This document shows, piece after piece, positions 10,323 to 22,481 of a stretch of 64,000 bases of DNA; the stretch's first letter is position 1; each line of letters opens with the position of its first letter. The stretch spans positions 316,550 through 380,549 of the forward strand of contig JAHDYR010000008.1 in the NCBI GenBank assembly GCA_019828565.1. The letters are read 5' to 3'. The notes under the pieces were generated by a model that worked only from the letters and a program-made list of their open reading frames with translations, searched no databases and was not told the origin of the DNA. The translations under genes were made by a program, and so were the position numbers. The stretch is from Carpediemonas membranifera BICM. Taxonomy: Eukaryota > Protista > Fornicata.

Positions 10323-10498
10323 GTCTGTACTAAATATCTCTCGCGGTGTCGGTAATGAGGGAGTGCGGTAGGATACACGCGCTACTGGTTATCGTCAGTC
10401 GCCCAGCGGCCATGGTATCCCTGATATCTGGCAGAACCTGGAAATTTTGCAAATTCCCAACTGTGCATTTTAGGAAACGGGTGAACGATATTTGCCCA

Positions 10499-11707
10499 AT
10501 GAGCGAGACTGATAGCCATCCTCGGGTAGAAAATGAGCAGTCTTCGGACCATCCTCGTGCTGAGATTGAGCAATACCTGGAGCAGTACAACGTAGAGCGG
10601 ATCTTCCAGACGCTGGTGGCCAAGGTCATCGAGAACAGGCCCCAGAACGTAGTATCATTCCTTCTTGATCAGCTCAACGAGCTTTTCATGTCTGAGCTGA
10701 TTGAGGACGGTAACAAATCCGATGAAAACGAAGACGTCGACGTTGTTGGCGCCACTACACACAAGCCGCGTCCCCGTCAGCGCCGTGGCGCCGTCTCAGG
10801 CCCCACCCGCACGAAGGACGACGATGAAGAGACCAAGACCCGCGAGAAGGTGCCTAAGTCCGACGAGCAGATGCAGATGATCGACAAGGCCCTCATGCGG
10901 AACTGCCTCTCCTCCTTCCTCGATGCCGAGCAGCGCCAGGAGGTCGCCGAGTACATGCACATGGTCGAGGCCGCCGAGGACGAGGTCATCATCCGCCAGG
11001 GTGAGTTCGGCGACACGTTCTACATTTTGGAGTCTGGCGAGTGCGAGATCTTCGTCGCTAAGAAGTCCGAGGAGACGACCGCGGAGGACTCCGAGTCTGA
11101 GCTCGACCCCGACGCCGAGGAGATGCCCGAGCCCGCTGCCGGCCAGCCCGCCGACTTCGGTACGATGGTCTACCGCCCCGTGCCTGGCGACTCTTTCGGC
11201 GAGCTCGCATTGATGTATGCCGCCCCTAGAGCTGCCACGATCGTAGCAAAGACGCCGTGCCGACTCTGGGCGATCGAGGGCCACATGTACCAGGCGATGG
11301 TGCAGGACACTGTCAAGGAGCGCCGGTCGAAGTACGAGGGCTTCCTTGGTCAGGTCCCCGTGCTCTCCAACCTCACCCCGTCCGAGCGGTCGACCATATC
11401 AGACGCCCTGGTCTCCGTGGAGTACGGCGAGGGCGACGTGATCATCAGGGAGGGCGAGGTCGGCGACGCTTTCTACTTTATCGAGCGCGGCACAGTCGAG
11501 GTGTCCCGGACCATGGATGGTGAGGCCCAGGTCCTCGCACAGCTCGAGGAGAACAACTTCTTCGGTGAGGCTGCGCTGATCTCGCAGCAGCCGAGGAATG
11601 CGACCGTAACTGCTGTGACTGCGGTGAAGTGCGTGTCGCTCGACAGGTCCTCGTTCTACAGGCTCCTCGGGCCCATCCAGAACATCATCACGCGGAAGTG
11701 CTTCTAG
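10499..11707 (+). CDS. PKAR: cAMP-dependent protein kinase regulatory subunit
   Basis: N-terminal D/D domain, RRGAVS pseudosubstrate, two cNMP cassettes (FGELALMYAAPRAATI, FGEAALISQQPRNATV). Confidence 0.95.
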   Translation: MSETDSHPRVENEQSSDHPRAEIEQYLEQYNVERIFQTLVAKVIENRPQNVVSFLLDQLNELFMSELIEDGNKSDENEDVDVVGATTHKPRPRQRRGAVSGPTRTKDDDEETKTREKVPKSDEQMQMIDKALMRNCLSSFLDAEQRQEVAEYMHMVEAAEDEVIIRQGEFGDTFYILESGECEIFVAKKSEETTAEDSESELDPDAEEMPEPAAGQPADFGTMVYRPVPGDSFGELALMYAAPRAATIVAKTPCRLWAIEGHMYQAMVQDTVKERRSKYEGFLGQVPVLSNLTPSERSTISDALVSVEYGEGDVIIREGEVGDAFYFIERGTVEVSRTMDGEAQVLAQLEENNFFGEAALISQQPRNATVTAVTAVKCVSLDRSSFYRLLGPIQNIITRKCF

Positions 11708-12045
11708 GGGTATAAAATATTAAGACGCAGTTGTTGTTTAATGGTGAGGATCACGGGTTAAAGTGCGTGACCAGACGAACCCAGGAGTAATCGAGGAGGC
11801 TAAACCATCAGTGTCAGTGAGGTCTATGCCTACAACTCAGCCACTACTGGCCAAACCCTGCTGATGGCCATCGATTCAGGTCGATTTCGACTAGCCTTAA
11901 CATGCACCTTGTTCGATCAGCCCAAGTATGCCGAGCCTCGCAACACTGCTCGATTCTGAGCGCTGTCCGTGGCCCACACTCATTGCAACATATCTTACCG
12001 TTCGTTCCATGCGCATATCTTACTCAGTACTTCCTCATCGTGGTA

Positions 12046-13749
12046 ATGGGCACAGTTGCAGATGTTTTCGGAAAGATACTGGCCTTTATAACATTTAACC
12101 GCCCCAATAAGAACTATGCGTCACTGTTCTCCAACTTTGATCGCTTTTTCCACTACCGCATCTACTTCCGTGGTGTCCACTGCTTCAATCACCCCATCCG
12201 CTCCGCCCCAGGCGCCTGGATCGACGTTGTGAAGCGTGCCTCCAAGGACCACTTCAAGACGTGGTACTGCACTGACGAGACGTACCGTGCGCTGAACTTT
12301 GGCTCGTACAACTACCTCGGCTTTGCCTCGGGGAAGGCCAACGCTCAGAACGAGGCCAAGGTCGTTGAATCCTTCAGCAACTTCGGCATAACGATGGCCT
12401 CGCCCCGTGCCAACTCGGGCTACAGCCACCTGCACGCCGAGCTCGAGCAGACGATGGCGGACTTCATCCACAAGGAGGCGGCCATCATATTCGCCATGGG
12501 GTTCGCCACCAACAGCACCACGATCCCCGCCCTCGTCGGACCCGACGGCCTTATCATTTCGGACTCTCTGAACCACGCTTCGATCGTCGTCGGCGGGCGG
12601 GCGTCGGTGGGACACAAGAAGGTCTTCAGACACGACGACATGGCGCACCTGGAGAAGACTGTGCGCAACGCCATCCTCAACGGCATGCCCCGCACCCACA
12701 ACCACTGGAGCAAGATCGTCATCGTCGTCGAGGGCATCTACTCTATGGAGGGCGGCATATGCAACCTCCCCGAGATTGTCCGCATCGCCAAGCAGTACGG
12801 CTGCTACCTCTACGTCGACGAGGCCCACTCCATCGGTGCCCTCGGCCACCATGCGGGCGGTGTGTGCGACTTTTACGACGACCGCTTTGCCCTGCTCGAC
12901 TGGGCCGACGCCCACCTCCTCTCCGTGCCCGGTAAGAAGGAGAAGGCCTGGACCACGCCCTCTCTGTGGGGCAGCGTCTTCCACGGTCGCCAGCCCGACC
13001 TCGAGGACCTTCGCCAGCTCCATGACGACCACGTGAGGTTCGCCGGGACCCGCAAGGCCCTCCACGGCATGCTCGGGCCGCAGTTCTCGTTCTTCGACCA
13101 GGTGGACGTTCTCATGGGCACGTACACCAAGTCCTTTGCCTCTGTCGGCGGCTACATCGCCGGCAGCGCCGACCTCATCGACTACCTCCGCCGCGAGACG
13201 TTCGGCGCCGTCTCCGCTGAGCCCATGGCCCCCGGCTGCGTCTGCCAGATCAAGAGCGTCATCGACTCTTTCACCCCCGCCAAGGGGGCGCCCCGTGAGT
13301 CGGCCAACGGGCTCGTCCAGGTCGACCGGCTCGCCCGGAACACGCAGATCTTCCGCCGCTTCCTCTACGACCACGGCTTCCAGATCATGGGGGACCACCA
13401 CTCGCCCGTCGTCCCCATGCTCTTGTACGCCCCCAACAAGATCCCTGCATTCTTCCAGGAGGCGATCAACAGAGGCATCGCTACTGTGGTCGTGGCCTAC
13501 CCCGCGTGCTCCCTTATCGCGTCCCGGGTGCGGTTCTGCCTGTCCGCAGCCATGACGGAGGAGGACATCGCATGGGCCCTGGAGCACATCGACGAGCTCG
13601 GTGACGTGTGCAGTCTCAAGTACGACCGGAAGAAGGTCAGGAAGGAGCTCAAGGCGAGGGCGAGGGCTGATGCGGAGGGTTCTCGGTTCAATGATGGGTA
13701 CGACGACGAGACCGAGACGGCCCCGGTCACCGACGATGAGAGCGACTAA
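12046..13749 (+). CDS. LCB2: Serine palmitoyltransferase LCB2 subunit (start uncertain; upstream ATG at 11902)
   Basis: LNFGSYNYLGF, SDSLNHASI, VEGIYSMEG, YVDEAHSIGA, GTYTKSF (PLP lysine), SRVRFCLSA. Confidence 0.92.
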   Translation: MGTVADVFGKILAFITFNRPNKNYASLFSNFDRFFHYRIYFRGVHCFNHPIRSAPGAWIDVVKRASKDHFKTWYCTDETYRALNFGSYNYLGFASGKANAQNEAKVVESFSNFGITMASPRANSGYSHLHAELEQTMADFIHKEAAIIFAMGFATNSTTIPALVGPDGLIISDSLNHASIVVGGRASVGHKKVFRHDDMAHLEKTVRNAILNGMPRTHNHWSKIVIVVEGIYSMEGGICNLPEIVRIAKQYGCYLYVDEAHSIGALGHHAGGVCDFYDDRFALLDWADAHLLSVPGKKEKAWTTPSLWGSVFHGRQPDLEDLRQLHDDHVRFAGTRKALHGMLGPQFSFFDQVDVLMGTYTKSFASVGGYIAGSADLIDYLRRETFGAVSAEPMAPGCVCQIKSVIDSFTPAKGAPRESANGLVQVDRLARNTQIFRRFLYDHGFQIMGDHHSPVVPMLLYAPNKIPAFFQEAINRGIATVVVAYPACSLIASRVRFCLSAAMTEEDIAWALEHIDELGDVCSLKYDRKKVRKELKARARADAEGSRFNDGYDDETETAPVTDDESD

Positions 13750-13890
13750 ACTGCCATATACGGTGATGTTTGAGTGTTTATGGGTGTATGTGCCGAGCCT
13801 TTGATGCTGCCTGATGCTGGTAAATCTAGAGTCGATTCGAGTCGAGCACCCCAAATCAGGTACTTCCCTGATAGGAAAGACACAAGGAAA

Positions 13891-15589
13891 ATGGTTCAAA
13901 GACTTGAAAAGTGTGGCATCAATGCTGAGGGGCGCCCTGTCGTCTTCTGTGTGATGGACGGCGTCGGTGTCTTTAAGGAAGGTCCCGGCAACGCCTTCTG
14001 GCTCGCCAAGCCCGAGAACATCCTCAAGTTCATCAAGGAGGCCAAGCAGAACAAGCTCTACCGCGAGATCCACGCCCACGGCGAGTATGTCGGCCTTACC
14101 GACGAGGACATGGGCAACAGCGAGGTCGGCCACAACGCCCTCGGCTCAGGCAACATCTACACGCAGGGCGCCCGCCTCGTCATCGAGTCCATGCGCGAGG
14201 GCACCTTCTGGAACACCCAGCAGTGGAAGGACATGGTCGTGGACACCATTAAGGCCGGCAAGACGGTCCACCTCTTCGGGCTTCTGTCCAGCGGTAACGT
14301 CCACTCCCACATCGACCAGCAGATCATGATCATCCAGAAGGTCGTCGACTGCGGCGGCAAGCGCATCCGCTTCCACCCCCTGCTGGACGGCCGCGACGTC
14401 GCCCCCGACTCCGGCCTCGAGTTCATCGCCCAGCTCGAGGAGGCCCTCGCCAAGGCCCGTGATGCCGGCTGCGATGCCTGCATTGCCTCTGGCGGCGGCC
14501 GCATGCACCTTGTAATGGACCGGTACAACGCCGAATGGTCCATGGTCGAGCGCGGCTTCAACCAGATTGTCCACGGTGTGGTCGACCCCGCGGACATCAA
14601 GGACGGCTACAAGGGCTACTACACCACCGCCAAGGAGGCTATCGAGGAGGGTCGCCGCCTGTTCCCGACCCTGTTGGACCAGTACGCACCTGGCTTCGTC
14701 ATCGTCGACGCCGAGGGCAAGCCCGTCGGCAAGCTCGAGGAGGGCGACGTCGTCATCAACACCAACTTCAGAGGCGACCGTGCCCTCGAGATCTCTAACA
14801 CGTTCGACCAGGGCGCGGAGTTCGACAAGTTCGACCGTGCGGCCCACGGCCCCTTCCCCGCAGTCAAGTACGCCGGCATGCTCCAGTACGACTCTGACCT
14901 GGGCATCCCCAAAACGTACCTCGTGCCCCCGCCGTCCATCTCTGACGTTATGTCCGAGTACACCTGCGAGCTCGGCATCAAGTCATTCGCCATCGCCGAG
15001 ACTCACAAGTACGGCCGTAAGTACCCTTTATTTACATTGTTACATAGACGTTACGTTCTTCTGGAACGGCAACAGGCTTGGCTATATCAACAAGGCCCTC
15101 GAGAAGTACGTCGAGATCCCCTCTGAGCCCAGCGACATGATCGAGGCCAACCCCGCCATGAAGGCCAAGGAGGTCACCGACGAGCTCGTCGCCGCCATCG
15201 AAGCGGGAGAGTTCGACTACTACCGCGTGAACTACGCCAACGGCGACATGGTCGGCCACACTGGGTCCGTCCCCGCCGCCGTGGAGGCCGTCAAGACCGT
15301 CGACGAGAGCCTCGGCAGGCTGTGGGAGGCAGTGAAGGCCAAGGGCGGCATCCTCGTCGTCACGGCCGACCACGGCAACTGCGAGGAGGTGCTCGACGGC
15401 AAGGGCAAGCCCAAGACGTCTCACACGACGAACCCCGTGCCCTTCTGGATCATGGACGCCAAGTACGATGGCAAGTACACCGTCAACCAGGACATCGACG
15501 GTGGTCTGGCCAACTGTGCGGCGACGACCATGAACCTCCTCGGGTATGAGAAGCCAGAGGGCTACATGCAGAGCCTCATCGACTATTAA
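13891..15589 (+). CDS. gpmI: 2,3-bisphosphoglycerate-independent phosphoglycerate mutase; exons 13891-15016 and 15048-15589
   Basis: MDGVG, MGNSEVGH, NFRGDRA, NGDMVGHTG, TADHGN. Removing GTAAGT...TAG (15017-15047) restores ETHKYGHVTFFWNG. Confidence 0.95.
15017..15047 (+). other. 31-nt GT-AG spliceosomal intron
   Basis: GTAAGTACCCTTTATTTACATTGTTACATAG, AT-rich; splicing repairs the conserved motif and the frame. Confidence 0.93.
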
Positions 15590-15797
15590 ACGTGTTTAGG
15601 GCATGTGGGCTGAGTGTGTCATGGGTTCCTTCGTCTGACGGCCGTCCAGGCTCAATTTCTCGACCCCTCTCATACCATAGCAGCTGCGTGTATTCCGGGC
15701 TGAGGTGAGTGGAGAGGGGCATCATTTATTGACCAAACGCCCACAGACGCGTGTGAAGTCTTAACCTGCGTTTTTCTGATCATTGTCGCTTTGGCAG

Positions 15798-16229
15798 ATG
15801 TCCGGTTCTGGATCGACATTCTTCAGTAGTTCTGCTGCAGATGACTTTACATCGCCAGTTGTGCCCAAATGGGTTGATACTGCCTTCGAGGAGGCGAAGC
15901 TGGAGGCGTGCCGTATCAAGTCGCTTGATGGCGACAAGCTTGCTGTATTCCGTCATGACAGTGAAATTATCGACATCAAGCGTCCGAGGAAGTTTAGCAA
16001 GATCCACCCCTGTGTTGGCCACTTTATCCTCTTGGACGTATCAACGATGGAACTCGCCCACATCCTGAACGATCGCCAGACCAAGCTCCTGATGAAGAGC
16101 GAGCACTGGCCGGAGGAGTTTGCCCCTGAAGCCACTGAGGAGGAAGAGGCAGATCCATTTGAGGCGGGGAACCCCAACCAGAAGAAGTACGCCGAGGCGC
16201 ACTCTGACGAGGAGGACTCGGACTTCTAA
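15798..16229 (+). CDS. eIF1A-domain (S1/OB-fold) protein, eIF1AD-like
   Basis: PRKF...GHFILL...HIL...WPEEF...NPN followed by an acidic tail. Confidence 0.65.
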   Translation: MSGSGSTFFSSSAADDFTSPVVPKWVDTAFEEAKLEACRIKSLDGDKLAVFRHDSEIIDIKRPRKFSKIHPCVGHFILLDVSTMELAHILNDRQTKLLMKSEHWPEEFAPEATEEEEADPFEAGNPNQKKYAEAHSDEEDSDF

Positions 16230-16356
16230 GGACTGCCCAGTACGGCGAGTAGTACACGGTGTTGGTTGGGTAATTCTCTGGTCACTTCATTTTGTGATAC
16301 ATACAGTTCCGTAAATGCCATAAAGGACTCTCATTTTGAAGTGATTGTGTTTCATC

Positions 16357-17061
16357 ATGGAAATGCGAGAAGGCGCAGAAGGTGGAATGGACGTTCCGAA
16401 GGCTACAATGAGCCCACAAAAGGGATCTGGTCTACTTTCGAACCTCACTGAGGAAGAGGCTGTTTTAGCCGACATGTCCAAGGATGTTTCGGCTGACGTT
16501 CCCCCGATCAAGAAGCAAATTACCAAGAAACAGCGTACAACGCAGTCAAGAGGGCGTAGAGGACGCTCGTATTCGCCCACTCAATATAGCGCACTCGTTG
16601 CTTGCTTGCAAGCTGAGCGGTATCCGAACCGCGAGCAGCTCATCAACATCGCCAGATATGTCAGCCTCGACCTCATTCGTGTCCGCACCTGGTACCAGAA
16701 CGCCCGTATCCGTGGCGTGTCGGATGCTGGCACGATCGACATCCCTGTCACGGCTCAGGAAATCCTCAACGGCACCGCCGCCCCCGCTGGCGAGTCCAAG
16801 GACCCCAACGTCACGGTCGCCAAGAAGGACACGGCGACCCAGTGTGACCTCCTCCCCTCCTCGCTCTTCGGCCTCTACGCCACAGGTGCCCTCAACACCA
16901 TCCTCATCGGCCTCGGCAAGGTCCCCAGCAGACCCGCAGGCACCCCCGAGCAGGCCCCAGTACCAGCGGTGGAGTCTGAGACGATCCCTCAGCCCGGGTT
17001 CCCTGTCCTCGACATCGAGATCCCTTACCCCGCCCCGGAGGTCGGCGGAAACAAACTCTGA
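16357..17061 (+). CDS. Homeodomain-containing protein
   Basis: RRGRSYSPTQYSAL...RYPNREQLINIARYVSLDLIRVRTWYQNARIR matches homeodomain helices 1-3. Confidence 0.8.
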   Translation: MEMREGAEGGMDVPKATMSPQKGSGLLSNLTEEEAVLADMSKDVSADVPPIKKQITKKQRTTQSRGRRGRSYSPTQYSALVACLQAERYPNREQLINIARYVSLDLIRVRTWYQNARIRGVSDAGTIDIPVTAQEILNGTAAPAGESKDPNVTVAKKDTATQCDLLPSSLFGLYATGALNTILIGLGKVPSRPAGTPEQAPVPAVESETIPQPGFPVLDIEIPYPAPEVGGNKL

Positions 17062-17505
17062 CCTGTAAATATATGCTAAGTGTGTAATGGAAGGTGGGGT
17101 GTGGAGTTGGCGGCAGCCATTATTAGATTTGTGGTGGAATATGATGAAATCATTGCTGATACAATATTGGGAAGCGAGATCATCTGAGGCAGGGGATGCG
17201 ATGGGTATGGCCATGTATTTAGTGGGGACTGTCACCACATATACCGATTGATGATCTCTTGTTCCTTGGATTCCGAAAATAGCCAGAGAATCTGCGAATC
17301 TGGAGATGCAAACAGATACCACACACCACGGCACCCTGTTACACCAGCAGCCATACTCGATCAGGCATGCTCGATCTGAGAAGCTATTTTGATCGCGGTA
17401 TCAGACCATCCTTGACTGATTTACGATAAAATGATGGAATCAGGCGGATTAACCGAACCTGCAGACTTAAAAACAGCATGCGGTGATGTTTACATCGACT
17501 AAGAC

Positions 17506-18495
17506 ATGATTGGCACAGTCTGGTGGTGGCCAGATGACACTCTGCGAACACCAATCAAATATCCACTCAGTGCAATCAGGCAGGCAGACGACAGTACTTT
17601 GTCTTTCAGCAGTATGATGAACGAAAACGAAGCTATCAACAACCAAATGTCCTCTCTGAGCGTTAGCGATCATATTGCGATGAAGCTCACAGATCACCAG
17701 CGCCAACGCCTAGAAAAGCCCACAGACTCCGCCTGGAACTGGCCAGTGGACAAACCGGACATCAAGGTGGGCTTTCAAGTGGGTCTCTCAGGGCCAGGCA
17801 TCTACAGCGTCTATCTCGACTACATTATCGACAACCCCATGACAGAGGCGCTGTCCGTGTCCACAGACGTCGAGCGGTGGGCCGATTGGGTCCCTACATG
17901 CCACAAGCTCAACAACATGACGGCGGAGCTCGGTGAGAACGACTGGCACCAGGTCGGGCAGATCATCATCAAGCTGCCCCTCGTCTTCCTCCCCAAGAAG
18001 TACAAGGTCCGTGAGATCCTGCTCTCTGGCCAGTACTTCACCGACGAGACCGACAAGGACGCTCTCTTCATGACCTTCATTACCCACCCCGGCGACGACA
18101 TCCCACTGCCCAAGGGCGTCCCCGCCGAGTGCCGCATGAGCATGCCCGACGGCATCAGCCGCATCTACCCCGTTGTCGACAAAGCCACGGGGCGCCATCA
18201 GACCCGCATCACGGTCTTCTGTGACCTTGACCCGAAGCTGCCCCTGCCCGAGGGCCCCATCTGGGGTGCATTCCTCTCCTGGCTCTTCAACAAGATTGTC
18301 CCGTTCGCGATGCGGGCGTTCCGTAAGCAGGCGTCCGTTGTCCATAAGAAGGGACTCGTCACCCCCCTCTCCCAGGCTCTGGTGGCGTACGCCAAGACAG
18401 GACTCAGCTTCCCATCGGCACTGCTCTTTAGGGCCGGGAACCAGGAGAGCGTGCCGGTCAGCGAGCACGGCAGCGATGATGACCTCGAATGTTAG
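17506..18495 (+). CDS. START/Bet v1-like lipid-binding protein (tentative)
   Basis: DVERWADWVP, VREILL and CDLDPKLPLP patterns typical of protist START domains. Confidence 0.5.
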   Translation: MIGTVWWWPDDTLRTPIKYPLSAIRQADDSTLSFSSMMNENEAINNQMSSLSVSDHIAMKLTDHQRQRLEKPTDSAWNWPVDKPDIKVGFQVGLSGPGIYSVYLDYIIDNPMTEALSVSTDVERWADWVPTCHKLNNMTAELGENDWHQVGQIIIKLPLVFLPKKYKVREILLSGQYFTDETDKDALFMTFITHPGDDIPLPKGVPAECRMSMPDGISRIYPVVDKATGRHQTRITVFCDLDPKLPLPEGPIWGAFLSWLFNKIVPFAMRAFRKQASVVHKKGLVTPLSQALVAYAKTGLSFPSALLFRAGNQESVPVSEHGSDDDLEC

Positions 18496-18894
18496 TGGCG
18501 AGAAGAGACGGGGTGAGGCAGTATTTTTTATCTTGTTTAAACTCAATTTATTAGCAGAGAAGGTCAGCTGGAAGCTGTATGGGCGAGTTACATCGAGCAG
18601 ACCCTTGCAGCGGGCAAAATCTTGATTTACGTTGTGTGTCAATGTAACTATGTATTCCTGGAAACAAAGGTGCTTCTTGTTGACGTCAGCAATGAGTTCG
18701 TCCGCATTTGCAACATGGACGAAAGCAAAGTGGACAAAGGAGAAGAATATACCTGTTACCTATGGTTTGCACCAGTTTGAGTCCGTTATGTAGTTGATAC
18801 GACATCATTTGTAGCGAATGCAGAGAAGGCGTTCTGTGAGAGCCAAACAGAAGAGTATTGGAGTACTATCAATCTGCTTCAGGCTAATGAGGAC

Positions 18895-21800
18895 ATGTTT
18901 GAATTCATTCAGACGGCCATTAAGCGATTGAGCTCATTGATGCAGCTAGTCTTAGTAGTTAGCGAGTTTTCAGCCGAGTTTGCCCCGGGATCCAGCACCC
19001 AAACACTAGATGAGTGGATCTCCAAAGGTTCACCGGTCAAGGACACACTAATTCCCCTCACCGACCGGGTTGTGGGCCATTTCATGGCTCACCGATCAAT
19101 AGCAATCATCGCAGCTCCCCAGACCATACCAAACACCATCACGCTGATCGCACAGGGAACGTTGACCATGGAACGGGTGAACGGCAGCCTCAGGAAGGGC
19201 ATTGCTCCCGCCCCCGCGGCCCCCACGATGATTATCTCTTATGACCCAGCCCCAGAGTTTGCAGACGCTAACCTGCCCATCATGGCACCGGATATGGCCG
19301 ACCTGGTCAAGGAAGGGGCACTTACATCATTTACATACCAACGTAGCGTGTCTATCATCGCCCCGCTGACCTACCTCGACCTGTCACACGCCAGGGTTGC
19401 TAGGTTTGTCACTACGACAGTGAAGGCGGGCGTGGTGCCGGTGGAGGTGCTCAAGGCCCTCACCACCCATCCTATGCCCTGTGCGGACGCCCTCACCCCT
19501 GTCTCCCCCGCAGTTTTAGACATCAGCAAGGAGTTCGGGACCATAGCCGAGTGTTTCGACTCCCTCGCCCGCCTCCTTCCCGGGGCGACCGGTCATGACC
19601 TCGCCTCATTCTACCAGCAGCACCAGTGCGGGCCCACTGGGACCGACGGGATCGAATACTCCTCGGCACGGTTCGACTCGCCCCTCGCCGGGATCAGACC
19701 TCACGCCGTCCTGGCCCCGCCCGGCCCTGATGTGCCCAGCCTCACCGCCGTTCTCTCCGGGACCCGCATGCCCGTGGCCGTGGAGCACATCCCCCAGACA
19801 CTCTGCCCCAGAGCAACGTCCACGTCGACATGGGCCGCAGTGGTCGGGGCACTGGGTACTGTCACCCACCCCGCTGTGCCCATCGTGGTGAAGGCGCTGC
19901 TGGACATCGTAGCCCACGGGTCGCAGACCCCATCCCTCTACGTCGACCCCAGCGCAGCCACGGACGGCGCTGTCCTCCGAGAGAGGGTCACCCCCACGCC
20001 TCGTAGTCGGGCGGTGGAGGTGCTCATGGCCCAGTCCGCGATCCTGGCAAATGCACAAAACTGCGGGATCGTGTCAGAGTCGACAGTACATCCCCTGTGG
20101 GACACGGAGGACGACACCGTGGACGTCGCTTGGGCGATCGGTGTGGGTCTGGCCCAGGAGCTCGAGGTCAGGAAAAAGGAACAGGCCGCTGCTAAGGCTG
20201 CCGAACGTGTGGCGACAGCCGGGATTAATGATAAGCCGCAGCCCCAAAAGGCCAAGCCCGATGCCAATAAGACACGCCCCGCGCCAGTCGAGGCCGCCCG
20301 CCCCAGTCCCGATACGGTCGCACGGGCACTGGTCGAGACGGGCCTGTGCGTGAAGGCCAGATGGAGCAGCAACTGGCGCATCACCAAGCCTGCAGGCGCC
20401 CCCATGGTATTTACAACGCTGTCTACGCCACTGTCAACGTTCTCTCAGCTCATAGGGGCACTGGCACCCTTGTATGAACCTGCCCCCCGCCGCATCCTCG
20501 TGGTCAGCGGGAGCAAGAGGTCGAAATCATCGCTCTCGGGCATCCAGCAGTGCGCCGTCGACCTCAAGTACACATCTTCGACCGACGCCAGTAAGGACGT
20601 CGCTATTACCGTCATTGCCCCACCCGCCCTCCTCGCCGACCCGGCCCTCGCTGACAAGTACGGCGTCGTGCTCGTCACCGTGGACCTCCAGAAGAGCCGA
20701 GACGGAAGTCTGGATCTGCTTGCATCAATCAAATGCAACAATTTGATCGTTATCGTTACTGGAATACCGATGAGGCCGGAGAAGAAGGCTGAAAAGACCG
20801 AGAGCCCTCCCAACCCCGTCCCCGCCAGCACACCCCCTCCTCGACCCCCGCCCGCAAGGTCGACGTGACCAGCCTCTTCCCTGCCCTCCCCACGCAGCCC
20901 CAGGCCCAGGGCCCGTCAGCCCCCACGACGACGGCCTCCTCAGCCATGTCCTCGCCCTCCTCGTGGCAGTCATCCCTTGCCTCTGCGGCCAGGGCGCTGG
21001 GTTTGTCTGTGATGCCCGGCCCCGAGATGTCTGGCATCATCCCGAGCCCCGACCCAGCCCGACTCGTCACGGCACTGCAGCACACCCTGCCCGCTCACGA
21101 CGTCGTGGTCGACAGCATGAATCTGTCGCATTGGGGCCCTCAGCTGTCCATGAACGGTATAGCACCCGTCACCGCCATTTCTCAGAATTCTCCGGCAGTC
21201 GTACTCGGAATACCATGCCACAACTTCGCCCCGTCACCCACAGTGCTATACCTCGTCCCTCCGGCCCGGCTCAGCTTGCCGCCAGGCCAACCCATCGTCG
21301 GTGATGAGGCGGTGCAGTTTAAGGTCAATCCAGGAGTTGTCAAGGTCAGGGAGGCCACCGACGAGGATGCCGGTGCCGCCGTAGCCCAGCTCCTAGACCT
21401 TGTTTACCAGAACAATAAGATGGCTCTGGCTAGCTTTAGTCCGGCCATCGCCCTGGTCGGCCCCGACGTCACAATGGCGTCCATTTCATCGCCCCTCATT
21501 GGTCCGGGCGCTGTGGCGGCAGTGATGACCGTGGACGAGGTCCAGGCCTCCCACTCGGTGCAGCTCGTCATCGCCGTCTGCCCCGCTGTGGACCTCACAG
21601 GCGTCCGCGTCCCCGTGTTCGTCGTGGCCGTCCCAGTCAACCCCGAGTCCGCTGAGGAGGCCGTCACCGAGCCCCTGCCCGGCTTTCCTGCCGGGTCTGG
21701 TCTCGGCGGACTGTCCGACCTCGACGACAGCATGTGCTATGAGCTGAGCCCCGACTTACCCTTTGAACCACTCTCTATGGTCCAAATTTATGACAAAAGA

Positions 21801-22250
21801 ATGTGCGAAGTCGCGCTCAAGCATAACACGACCATCTACCAGGTCAACCCCGTTGCTGTGTCGACCTCCATGGACGGTGTGGCTCCCCGCCAGGCTCTTG
21901 TCCAGCATCTGGGAGATCAGGAGCTGCTGCAGGGCCTGGTGAGCCACGAGGTGCTGCTAATCCATGGCAGAGACGACGCAGAGGCATGGCGGGAAGCGAT
22001 TGATGATGCCATCAGCACGCTTAATCTGCGGCAGATTACTCGGGGCAAGTATTTAAGCATGGACCGCGGGTTCCGGCTCTGTCCCACTATTGCGACAGTC
22101 GAGCTCGACGACATCGAGGGACTCAAGAAGGGGGCCCGGGCGGAGAGCTTCAGGGCCATCGTCGTGGACGTTCCCGGAAATAGGCTTGGTGGCGTCATGA
22201 AATTGCAGATGGTTCACAGTTGCAAGAATGTTTTTTGTCTCAAAAAATAA
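18895..22250 (+). CDS. Large hypothetical protein; ORFs 18895-20868 and 20865-22250 probably one gene split by an indel near 20820-20860
   Basis: Abutting ORFs with the same composition; C homopolymers at the junction; TAAA only at the second stop. Confidence 0.55.
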
Positions 22251-22416
22251 ATGGTGAAGTTTGGTCGTCGTCGTTGGACGGGGCGGGTTCACGGTGGGAA
22301 TCCGCTGCCGTCGAGGTCAGCTTGTGGCCGTGCAGGAGTTGATGGACATACATGTAGAGAATGTGAGGGCAGGGGAGTTGCAAGTGAGTGAGCGGTGAAT
22401 TTATGCTGGGTTAATG

Positions 22417-22479
22417 TGAAGTATCATAGAGTGCACAGTGCAAGCAGTAAAGTAAGACTCTTGTTGTATCGAGACCTCA
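22417..22479. mobile_element. 63-bp mini-element (Fanzor-less form of element 2), TSD TAATG
   Basis: 62/63 identical to 8784-8846; TAATG at 22412-22416 and 22480-22484; TG...CA ends. Confidence 0.88.
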
Positions 22480-22481
22480 TA

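Noticed and set aside
12121-14133. Long antisense ORFs (also 774-1463, 14146-14847, 50392-52059 and many in the Cys-rich gene)
   Set aside because: Shadow frames of GC3-rich genes; no motifs.
6375-22479. 22-bp repeats as a CRISPR array
   Set aside because: Three dispersed copies kilobases apart, no regular spacers, no cas genes; explained as transposon ends.
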